The position numbers and the translations under genes were made by a program. From the NCBI GenBank assembly GCA_934648845.1, contig CAKUFS010000010.1:327-64326 (forward strand): DNA of 64,000 nucleotides. Reading direction: 5' to 3'. This DNA is from an uncultured Eggerthellaceae bacterium (GTDB taxonomy: Bacteria > Actinomycetota > Coriobacteriia > Coriobacteriales > Eggerthellaceae). The notes beneath the pieces are model-generated. The model was not told where the DNA came from. It was given only the letters and a program-made list of their open reading frames with translations, and did not search any database. Positions 35,238 through 42,797 of this stretch are shown here, in pieces; within the stretch, counting starts at the first letter, position 1, and each line of letters opens with the position of its first letter.

Positions 35238-36485
35238 CTAACGAACGCGAAAGACGAGATACTCGTTCAAGCTGCCGGTACGCCCATCGGCGCGGAAGCA
35301 ATCGGCAAGCTGCGCAATATCGCTCACCGATGCCGCAAGCACCTTCACTTCCTCATCGGTGAAATGATGGCAATAACGGAAAACACCCTGGGTTTGCTGC
35401 CAGCCTAAAAGATAATCATTCGCATCCAGCCTCAAGCATAATCCCTGTTCAGAGAAGTGCTTCAAAGCAGCTTCATGAGACTCATGCGCTTTTTTCGCCA
35501 GCCCGGGGTCATCCATAAACCGCCACAGAGACACGGCAACAAGCCCGCCCGGAACCGTTGCTGCGCAAAGCGCGCGCAGCAAACGCTCCCGCGCCTCGCG
35601 TCCTGGAACGTGATGGAAGAACCCGAAGCACGCCGTCAAATCCGCGTTCACGCCTTCGGAGCCGGCACTCTTGCGCGCTGAGTCTTCGCGCGGCGCGTCT
35701 TCGCATGCATCGCCCGCGGAGTCGCCGGAGACGGGCACAACATCTGCGCCTTCAGAACCGCTGGACGCAAACGGCAAAGCGTGGCCTTCGATAAGCGCCG
35801 AAACGATATCGCACGACGTGAAAGCAACACCCGCAGGCGCACCGACCAACCGCTCGCAAGCATCAACAGCACGATAATCCCAGGTCGCGTTCGGCAACGC
35901 GCCTTCCAGAAAACTCTTGAACCGAACGTTTCCGCACGCAACGTCCAGAATGCGATGCACGAGCGGTGCGGATGCGTCTGCACCTTCCGGTTCGCCGCAC
36001 CGCAACGCACCCTCGCGTTGCGCGCCCGCGCCTTCGCGCGCCGCGCCCACGGCGGACGAGCGCATCCCAAACTCCGAAGTCCGAAACGCAGACGTGCCCG
36101 TGCCATCACCCGTAACACCTGCAGCGTCCAATGCACCGGCGCGCACCATGCCGTCCGCGCCATCCGCGCCTTCGCCGCTTGCCAGCCCATCACCGACAAC
36201 TGCCCCTTCGCCCGTAACACCCGCAGCGTCCGATGCGCTAGCGCACATCACGTCACCCTCGCCCGCGCCGACGGATCCAGCACTACTCACGCCGTCCGCG
36301 CCTTCGTCCGCGTCACCTGAGTCTTCGCCTTCCCAGCCGGTATCAGCCAAAACGCGCTGCCAGCCTGCCCACGCGCACTGCCGCGTTGCCGAAAACGACT
36401 CCGCCTGCGCCGCGTAAAACGCCTGCGTGGTGCGATTCAATATGTTTGCCGTTGATACGTCCATGCTCTCCCACGAATCCTGCAA
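35238..36485 (-). CDS. Class I SAM-dependent methyltransferase, Trm9/ALKBH8-MT-like, with two low-complexity insertions
   Basis: SAM motif ILDVACGNVRF. The C-terminal block is NDYLLGWQQTQGVFRYCHHFTDEEV (compare Trm9 …VPW…RYYHxF…GEL). About 130 aa of G/A/D/S-rich insert follows the N-terminal helix. It is divergent from elp3, with only 24 bp between the annotated start codons. Confidence 0.7.
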   Translation of the reverse strand: MQDSWESMDVSTANILNRTTQAFYAAQAESFSATRQCAWAGWQRVLADTGWEGEDSGDADEGADGVSSAGSVGAGEGDVMCASASDAAGVTGEGAVVGDGLASGEGADGADGMVRAGALDAAGVTGDGTGTSAFRTSEFGMRSSAVGAAREGAGAQREGALRCGEPEGADASAPLVHRILDVACGNVRFKSFLEGALPNATWDYRAVDACERLVGAPAGVAFTSCDIVSALIEGHALPFASSGSEGADVVPVSGDSAGDACEDAPREDSARKSAGSEGVNADLTACFGFFHHVPGREARERLLRALCAATVPGGLVAVSLWRFMDDPGLAKKAHESHEAALKHFSEQGLCLRLDANDYLLGWQQTQGVFRYCHHFTDEEVKVLAASVSDIAQLADCFRADGRTGSLNEYLVFRVR

Positions 36486-36509
36486 AAGAATCCTGTAAAA
36501 TATACGGTT

Positions 36510-38345
36510 ATGGAAAAAATCATTTTAGACATAGCCGCTGCCCTGCGCCGCGCCGCTGCCACGGGCGAAACGTTTGACGCCGCCCAGCTCGTGCGCCTGC
36601 TGCACGCTTACAACAAGCCGCTGGGGCAAAGCGAGCAGTTCTACACAAAAAAGAAGCTGCTGCCATATTACCTGAAAACGAAGGCGAACGACCCCGCGCG
36701 CTGGGAAAGCTGGAACATTGACCCCGCAACCGAGCGCGCCTTGGTGCAGCTGCTGCAAATCAAGCCGCGTCGCACCAGCTCGGGCGTGGCAACCATCACG
36801 GTCATCACGAAGCCGTGGGGCTGCTCGAGCAACTGCATCTACTGCCCCAACGACATCCGCATGCCGAAAAGCTACTTGTCGAACGAACCTGCCTGCCAGC
36901 GCGCCGAGCGCAATTTTTTTGACCCGTACCTGCAGGTTACCGCACGTTTACATGCCCTGCGCGAGATGGGTCACACTACCGATAAAGTGGAACTTATTGT
37001 GCTGGGCGGCACGTGGACCGACTACCCCGAGGACTACCAATACTGGTACATGACGCAGCTGTTTCGCGCGCTCAACAATGGCGAAAGCGCCCCCGAATAT
37101 GCAGCTGAACTGCGTGAGCGCTACGAGCGCGCGGGCATTCCCGAGACCGAAGAGGCCCTGAACGCCTTCGCCGCGCCCGCTCAGGAGGCAATCGACGCAG
37201 GCACAGCAACGTTCAACGAAGCGCACAGCATGCTCTACGGACAAGACAGTCCTTGGCAACGCTTGGCTTCGTGGCAAACCGCGGAGCCCAGCGAGCTTGA
37301 ACAGCAGCAACGCATAAACGAAACCGCCGAACACCGTTGCGTGGGCCTGGTCATTGAAACGCGTCCCGACACTATCACGCCGCAAACGCTCACGCGCGCA
37401 CGGCGCTTTGGCTGCACAAAAATCCAAATGGGCATCCAAAGTCTTGATCCCGCCGTGCTGGCCGCGAATCATCGAGCTACCAGCATCCAGGAAATCCAGC
37501 GCGCCTTTGCGCTGTTGCGCCTGTTCGGCTTCAAACTGCACACGCATTTCATGGTGAACCTTTACGGCTCAACACCCGAACGCGACAAGGCGGATTTCCA
37601 GCAATTCGTGACCAACGAGCACTTCCTTCCCGATGAAATCAAGGTGTACCCATGCGTGCTCACCAAAGGAACACGGCTTGAACGCCTTTATGAACAGGGA
37701 AAATGGCAATCTTACGCTGAAGATGATCTGCTGGATATCTTGGTGCACGACATATGCGCCACGCCCGCGTACTGCCGCATATCGCGTATGATTCGCGACA
37801 TTTCAAGCGACGACATTATTGCCGGCAACAAGAAAACGAACTTGCGCCAGCTGGCCGAGCTTTCCGCCGCGAAAACCGGTGAACGCATTCAGGAAATGCG
37901 CTACCGCGAGATCAAGGGGAAAGCCACCGACCTCTCTGAGCTGCATCTCGACGTGGTTCCTTACGAAACGTCGGTTTCGCGCGAGTTCTTCTTGCAGTGG
38001 GTCACACCGCAAAACGAGCTGGCAGGGTTTTTGCGCCTGTCACTTCCCCTGTGCAACGCTTTGGCAACGCTTGGTTCCGAATCACCCATTTTGCCTGGAC
38101 AAGCCATGATTCGCGAGGTACATGTGTATGGACGCGCGGCGCACATTGACGGCGAATCCCAAAACGCACAGCATCTGGGCCTGGGCAAAAAGCTCATCGC
38201 GCGGGCATGCGAAATCGCCACAAGCGCCGGTTACGACGAGATAAACGTGATCAGCGCCATTGGCACGCGCGCCTATTATCGCTCGCTCGGATTCTCGGCA
38301 AGCGAAAACGGTCTTTATCAAACGAAAAGGATTGCACATGAGTAG
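36510..38345 (+). CDS. elp3: Elp3-family radical-SAM / GNAT enzyme (tRNA U34 cm5 modification-type)
   Basis: Radical-SAM cluster CSSNCIYCPND, Elp3-type layout (…ELIVLGGTWTDYP…GCTKIQMGIQSLD…) and C-terminal GNAT QHLGLGKKLIARACEIA. 611 aa. Confidence 0.85.
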   Translation: MEKIILDIAAALRRAAATGETFDAAQLVRLLHAYNKPLGQSEQFYTKKKLLPYYLKTKANDPARWESWNIDPATERALVQLLQIKPRRTSSGVATITVITKPWGCSSNCIYCPNDIRMPKSYLSNEPACQRAERNFFDPYLQVTARLHALREMGHTTDKVELIVLGGTWTDYPEDYQYWYMTQLFRALNNGESAPEYAAELRERYERAGIPETEEALNAFAAPAQEAIDAGTATFNEAHSMLYGQDSPWQRLASWQTAEPSELEQQQRINETAEHRCVGLVIETRPDTITPQTLTRARRFGCTKIQMGIQSLDPAVLAANHRATSIQEIQRAFALLRLFGFKLHTHFMVNLYGSTPERDKADFQQFVTNEHFLPDEIKVYPCVLTKGTRLERLYEQGKWQSYAEDDLLDILVHDICATPAYCRISRMIRDISSDDIIAGNKKTNLRQLAELSAAKTGERIQEMRYREIKGKATDLSELHLDVVPYETSVSREFFLQWVTPQNELAGFLRLSLPLCNALATLGSESPILPGQAMIREVHVYGRAAHIDGESQNAQHLGLGKKLIARACEIATSAGYDEINVISAIGTRAYYRSLGFSASENGLYQTKRIAHE

Positions 38346-39006
38346 CATCTTCGACTTGCTTGCGCCCGACCGCGGTGCGCGAGAACGCGAAAACCAGATT
38401 GTAGCTTGCAACAAGGATACCGCGGAATTCGGGCTCTCGCTCACGCGCGAACAAGCCCACGAGCTGGACGTTGCGCACTGCCAGCTGCTGGATGCGCACG
38501 ACCGCGTGGAGTTTGGCACCTCGGGAACCATCCAGGTCATCGAAGGGTTTGCTTCTTCGCCTTACCTGGAGCAATTCAATTACGCCGACACGCTGAGTGC
38601 GCTGCAAGAGAAGTTCTATGAGCTGCGCGCGCAGGCAGGCGTTGAGATTTTCGACGACGAGATCATCGACGGCATGCGCCTTTTGTTCGATGGCGATGCG
38701 GGCGGAACCGTTGATCTTTTGGCCACGTGCACGCTGAACATGGTCATGGAGGCATACGACACGCAGACCGGCACGCTTGAAGAACGCCAGCGCGAAGTTA
38801 TTCCCGACATGACGCAGACCACGGAGGTTCCGCAATTCGAAGAAAATGTGAGCGAAGTGTTCGCGCAGGCAATGGAAGAAGGTCGGCAAGCGCTTGACGA
38901 TGCAGCTGCGGCGGCCATAACAAGCCCCTGGGACCCCAGCGAGTGGGTCGATGACATTACCGCGCCGGGCTTTGAGGGAGAGAAGTGGGACGATGACTTT
39001 GAATAG
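38338..39006 (+). CDS. Hypothetical acidic protein, translationally coupled to elp3
   Basis: ATG 38338 lies 8 nt inside the elp3 3' end (CACATGAGTAG). 222 aa, ending in a very acidic tail (…WDPSEWVDDITAPGFEGEKWDDDFE). No motif I can assign. Confidence 0.6.
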   Translation: MSSIFDLLAPDRGARERENQIVACNKDTAEFGLSLTREQAHELDVAHCQLLDAHDRVEFGTSGTIQVIEGFASSPYLEQFNYADTLSALQEKFYELRAQAGVEIFDDEIIDGMRLLFDGDAGGTVDLLATCTLNMVMEAYDTQTGTLEERQREVIPDMTQTTEVPQFEENVSEVFAQAMEEGRQALDDAAAAAITSPWDPSEWVDDITAPGFEGEKWDDDFE

Positions 39007-39739
39007 CGAAAACGTGAGGAGTGCGCAGGGCGGCGCAAGTGCAACAGACACCGGAGAAGCCACCGACACGACGAGCACAGCGAATGCGGTCACGAACGTC
39101 ACCCTTCTGCGAACCGCCGACCAAGCAATCGACAAGCAAGACCTTGCCGCGCTTTCCACCAAAGTGCAAGACGGCCTTATGCGCCTGTTTGTGAAGCAAT
39201 GCCGCCTGTATACGTGCGGCGGCAGCGCTTCTATCACGTCGCTTGAGGCGCATGATTTGCTTGACTCTATTCGCTTCGTGCTGCGTGCGCACGATTTGGA
39301 AGACCCCGCAACGCTGGCGCGCTTGGCAAGCGATGATATGGATACCTTGTTTCATCAGGGGCTTCAGGATATCAATTGCCGCGTGGACGATACCATGGAG
39401 CTGTGGAACCAGGTTTGCTTGACCATGCCACCCATCAAGAACATCGCGCTGCGCGACACACTGGCAAGCATCGGACAATTCCGCAAGGTCTACGACACGT
39501 ACTTCGCCGCCTTCGCCGTGCCGGTAAGCATTGACTATCCGCTGCACGACCCCGTTCCCGAAACGCTGCAAGGCGTGGATTACGTGCATGAATGGCTTGC
39601 GCGCTGCCTGAAGGAAGCGCAATACATCGCGCAATTCGACACGAAGGAGTGCATCGCGGTGCTCAAGCGCGCTTGCCCCGATTACAAGGGCTTGCTCATC
39701 AACCTTTACGAGCCTATTCACCGCCACTTCGGAGATTAG
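38993..39739 (+). CDS. Hypothetical protein, translationally coupled to the preceding gene
   Basis: ATG 38993 follows GAGGGAGAGAAGTGGGACG and overlaps the upstream stop by 14 nt. 248 aa. No recognisable catalytic motif. Confidence 0.6.
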   Translation: MTLNSENVRSAQGGASATDTGEATDTTSTANAVTNVTLLRTADQAIDKQDLAALSTKVQDGLMRLFVKQCRLYTCGGSASITSLEAHDLLDSIRFVLRAHDLEDPATLARLASDDMDTLFHQGLQDINCRVDDTMELWNQVCLTMPPIKNIALRDTLASIGQFRKVYDTYFAAFAVPVSIDYPLHDPVPETLQGVDYVHEWLARCLKEAQYIAQFDTKECIAVLKRACPDYKGLLINLYEPIHRHFGD

Positions 39740-39760
39740 CGGCTGCGGCGAGAGCGCGAG

Positions 39761-39872
39761 GCGACGGCAAGGGAATGAGCCGACGTGCGACGCTTTGGAT
39801 AAGTTGAGCGAGCCGCAAGCTCGAAGAAGCATTATCCAAGCGGAGCCCGCTCGGCGAATCCCTTGCCGTCGC
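39761..39872. repeat. Long-hairpin repeat family C, copy 2
   Basis: GCGACGGCAAGGGAATGAGCCGACGTGCGACGCTTTGGATAAGTTGAGCGAGCCGCAAGCTCGAAGAAGCATTATCCAAGCGGAGCCCGCTCGGCGAATCCCTTGCCGTCGC. Confidence 0.7.
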
Positions 39873-39918
39873 CGGACAACCCCGAATCGCCAAAAAGTGG
39901 CGGAGTCTTTCCGCCCTC

Positions 39919-40040
39919 TGATAAAAACGGCCCACTTTTCTGTGGGTTTGCCATAGCTTACTTTTTTGCGACCTGGGGAAATGTCGATTTTTAGCGATTG
40001 CAAGAAAGGAAATCCACCGAAAAGTGGGTCGTTTTTATCA
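39919..40040 (+). mobile_element. MITE-like repeat family A, copy 4 (122 bp, most diverged)
   Basis: TGATAAAAACGGCCCACTTTTCTGTGGGTTTGCC…GCGACCTGGGGAAATG…AAATCCACCGAAAAGTGGGTCGTTTTTATCA. Confidence 0.7.
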
Positions 40041-40103
40041 TGCCGCCCACGCTGTTGGGCGGCACCGCATCGGAAGCCGTGCAGCTGGATTGCGCGAACC
40101 GAA

Positions 40104-40136
40104 TTGTTGACAAAAGGTGGGGTAATTTGTCAACAA
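40104..40136. repeat. 33-nt palindrome D, copy 1
   Basis: TTGTTGACAAA-AGGTGGGGTAA-TTTGTCAACAA has a perfect 11-bp stem and an 11-nt loop. It lies 6 nt from the stop of the recN remnant. Confidence 0.8.
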
Positions 40137-40142
40137 TCAGCG

Positions 40143-40300
40143 CTACTCGCTATCGTCGTGGGATTGGGCGAGCAGCTCGGCAGCGTGAAGACGCGCTGCT
40201 TCGCTTTCGTCGCCCGCAAGCATGCGCGCGATAGCGAGGGTCCTCGATGCGAGCCCATCGACCGTCTCGCTTATTTTCGGACGAGGGGCTACCACTCTTG
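40143..40300 (-). pseudogene. Remnant of a recN 3' end (about the last 50 codons)
   Basis: Minus-strand translation gives …APRPKISETVDGLASRTLAIARMLAGDESEAARLHAAELLAQSHDDSE*. The intact RecN reads …LPETTITPVEGSARVDEIARMLAGDESEAARLHAAELLAQSHDANN*. At the DNA level 40092-40232 closely matches 42751-42886. Confidence 0.8.
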
Positions 40301-40406
40301 GGTCCGCACTTCACTGATGCTTTTCGCCGAGTGGAAACAATCTACCTGCGGAAACGCTGTTTAACTTAGACCTATCATCCAGCTGGTTTCAAGTTTTTCG
40401 AATCTA

Positions 40407-41519
40407 CTAGGATGATGCCTCCCTTGCTTTCAGCTTGTCTAAAATGCCTTCGGTTCTAGGATGACCCGTTGAAAGTCCAAGAAAGGACTGAAGCAAGAGG
40501 AGCTGCTTTATCTCGCTGCCACTCGTAGCGTTGCGTTCGTCCCCAGGAAGCCTCACTTGATCTCTTCTCAGCGTCTTCACGGGAATGCTTGAGGTTGACC
40601 ACTCGACCTCAATTGTAGATGCCTCAGTTTGTCCGTCGAGCAACTGCGATGTCTCGTGATTCTTCTTGCCGTTCTTAAAAGTACGCAGGTACTTGGCCTT
40701 GACCTGACAGTCTTCACAGCAGTATTTGGAATCGATGCGGCGGTTATACTCTCTCGGCGTGAAAAGTCTTCTGCACTCGGGGTTCTGGCAGAATCGGTAC
40801 GCATTGTTGAGCATTACGCCTTTAGCTAAGCAAATGAAAAGATACTGCATAAGGGTGCAGACTCCATCGCGGTTACCGTCTTCGATGATGTCAACCGGAT
40901 CGACCGAACCGCTCAGCACCGCATTGCAATATCTCACGCTTTCATGGACAAGCTCTTTATCGCACAGCCATTCTTGTTCGGTATAGCTATCTTGCAAGGT
41001 GCTTGTTATTGCCCTTATCGCCACCTGCGCGTCGCAGACAGCCTCCGCGACTTCCTCGACAGAAGCAACATGACAGGGAACAACATCTATCCCTGGTCTT
41101 CTCTTGTTGCGACCCTTTCTCCAGTTCTCGTTCACGACCTTGCTTAGGGTCTGGTTTTCGACCCCGTATCTCTCCCTGGCGATTATGTCAACATCGCCCA
41201 TGCCCTCGTAAAGGAACACGGTTTTCTTTATGCCAACGGAATCAAGATCATCGTAAACGTCCGTTGGGGTGACAAGCGCACTTACCGCTTCTGCTGCAAC
41301 GGAGTAGCCGAGGGATGCTCCATCGCTGTTGGAACCAACGGCGCGATTGGCAGCGCTGACGACAGGCGCTATTTCACCGAGGGCCTCGCAGTCGTAGTAA
41401 AGAGACTCGTGCCCAGCACCATCGTCGTGTACGGCAGCGCACCTGAAGACATCTTTGGCAAGTATCGTAAGGCGGGTATTGAGATCGTCCAGTTCGATTG
41501 CGAAACCACCTCCGCGCAC
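40407..41519 (-). CDS. Hypothetical 370-aa protein with a C-terminal CGNR-like zinc ribbon
   Basis: A long ORF in an AT-richer islet. FCQNPECRRLFTPREYNRRIDSKYCCEDCQVKAKYLR has the C-x4-C … C-x2-C spacing and basic tail of CGNR-type zinc fingers. The N-terminal ~260 aa are unassignable. The start is uncertain: the ATG at 41519 lies only 11 nt from the divergent toxin ATG. Confidence 0.6.
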   Translation of the reverse strand: MRGGGFAIELDDLNTRLTILAKDVFRCAAVHDDGAGHESLYYDCEALGEIAPVVSAANRAVGSNSDGASLGYSVAAEAVSALVTPTDVYDDLDSVGIKKTVFLYEGMGDVDIIARERYGVENQTLSKVVNENWRKGRNKRRPGIDVVPCHVASVEEVAEAVCDAQVAIRAITSTLQDSYTEQEWLCDKELVHESVRYCNAVLSGSVDPVDIIEDGNRDGVCTLMQYLFICLAKGVMLNNAYRFCQNPECRRLFTPREYNRRIDSKYCCEDCQVKAKYLRTFKNGKKNHETSQLLDGQTEASTIEVEWSTSSIPVKTLRRDQVRLPGDERNATSGSEIKQLLLLQSFLGLSTGHPRTEGILDKLKAREASS

Positions 41520-41530
41520 AAGGAGGTGAA

Positions 41531-41977
41531 ATGATGGGGACAGGCGAGCATGGCGGATTTGGGTACACCTCGGGTTCGAGCAAATCTAAGATCTTCACGA
41601 GGGTTTGGTATGAGGGGACCGTCAAGGTCGGAGAAAAGGTTCGCGATGTGAGTCGCAGAGTTTACCAACGCAACGATATTGATTTTGATTATTATGACCC
41701 CAAGGCGAAAAAGACAAATCTGCAGCGTATGATGGATGGTGACGCCCCAATCGGCAGCAATGGCAAACCGGTCCAGCTGCATCACGTTTTGCAGCAAGAA
41801 AGCGGACCTATGGCCGAGGTTCGGGAAGTCACTCACCGAGAGTATAAGCGGACCTTGCACGGGCTCGTGGGCAGAGGCAACAGCTTCAGGAACAATCCTG
41901 AGCTGAAGAAGCAGTACAACAACTTCAAGCGAGCCTACTGGATTTGGCGAGCTAAACAGTATCTTGAAGGGAGATAG
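41531..41977 (+). CDS. HNH/EndoVII-superfamily toxin nuclease domain protein (LHH / GH-E type), no delivery domain
   Basis: ATG 41531 follows CAAGGAGGTGAA. GSNGKPVQLHHVLQQESGPMAEVREVTHREYKRTLHGL carries the G…LHH…E…H signature of the polymorphic-toxin HNH/EndoVII clades. It is followed immediately by a SUKH immunity gene. Confidence 0.7.
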   Translation: MMGTGEHGGFGYTSGSSKSKIFTRVWYEGTVKVGEKVRDVSRRVYQRNDIDFDYYDPKAKKTNLQRMMDGDAPIGSNGKPVQLHHVLQQESGPMAEVREVTHREYKRTLHGLVGRGNSFRNNPELKKQYNNFKRAYWIWRAKQYLEGR

Positions 41978-41979
41978 CG

Positions 41980-42393
41980 ATGAACAAACAGATTGAGGCA
42001 GCAATATCCCAATGCAGTGGTAAAGATTCTTTCACAAAGATTGCCCCCACTCAGGAGATGCTCGCCGAGGCACAACAAAAGCTGGGATTCCCGCTGCCCG
42101 AGCAGTTTATCGAGTACCTTAACGCCTACAGCCACGGAGGAGTTGGCTTCGAGATTCTCGGCGTCGGTTTTGATGGAAGCATGGCCTTTCTCGAAGAGAC
42201 GCTTGAGTACCGTGAAGACGGCCTCCCAGCCAACCTTCTTGTCGTGGAGAACTGCGACGAATGGCTGTATTGCATTGATGCGAATTCGGGCGAAGTCGTG
42301 TCCTGGTATTTCGATGACGACTTGAGCGTCGATTACCCTTGCTTCGACGACTATCTGCTGGATCGCCTGAACGACGCTATCGAAAACCTGTAG
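41980..42393 (+). CDS. SMI1/KNR4 (SUKH-1) family immunity protein
   Basis: …APTQEMLAEAQQKLGFPLPEQFIEYLNAYSHGG…LVVENCDEWLYCIDANSGEVVSW is the typical SUKH-1 pattern. It begins 2 nt after the toxin stop. Confidence 0.75.
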   Translation: MNKQIEAAISQCSGKDSFTKIAPTQEMLAEAQQKLGFPLPEQFIEYLNAYSHGGVGFEILGVGFDGSMAFLEETLEYREDGLPANLLVVENCDEWLYCIDANSGEVVSWYFDDDLSVDYPCFDDYLLDRLNDAIENL

Positions 42394-42427
42394 CTCGAAG
42401 TCTTAGAGGAACTTCAGGAGGTTTAAG

Positions 42428-42466
42428 AAACCCCTCTGGCAAGCGAAAGCTGCCAGAGGGGTTTGT
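42428..42466 (+). terminator. Rho-independent terminator after the immunity gene
   Basis: AAACCCCTCTGGCA-AGCGAAAGC-TGCCAGAGGGGTTTGT. Confidence 0.8.
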
Positions 42467-42758
42467 CATGTTCAACCGGGAAAACGTGCGCTCAAGGCAC
42501 TCCCACTCAGTGATTTCCAGTCTGAACGCTTCGGATTTTACCGTCTCGTACGCTCTGGCATCGGCTCGTGCCGCCTATGTTGTTTCATGCATAGGGGCAG
42601 TTCACGAATGGCCTCGGTTGTTGGAACTCACTTGGACGGAATTGGTAAAGATCGTTGCGATGACCGCTTGCCACCGCATTGTTGAGACAACAATGCAAGT
42701 TGCGCAACAAGGCACGGATGTTAAAAAGACCCCGTCACTTTTTAACATCCGCGCGAAA

Positions 42759-42791
42759 TTGTTGACAAAAGGTGGGGTAATTTGTCAACAA
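42759..42791. repeat. 33-nt palindrome D, copy 2
   Basis: It is identical to copy 1 and lies 6 nt from the recN stop codon. Confidence 0.8.
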
Positions 42792-42797
42792 ACAGCG

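Noticed and set aside
13400-40040. The possibility that the recurring 122-bp, 100-bp or 33-bp repeats form a CRISPR array.
   Set aside because: The copies are kilobases apart and not regularly spaced. They are far longer than, or differently structured from, CRISPR repeats. There are no cas genes or leader in the window.
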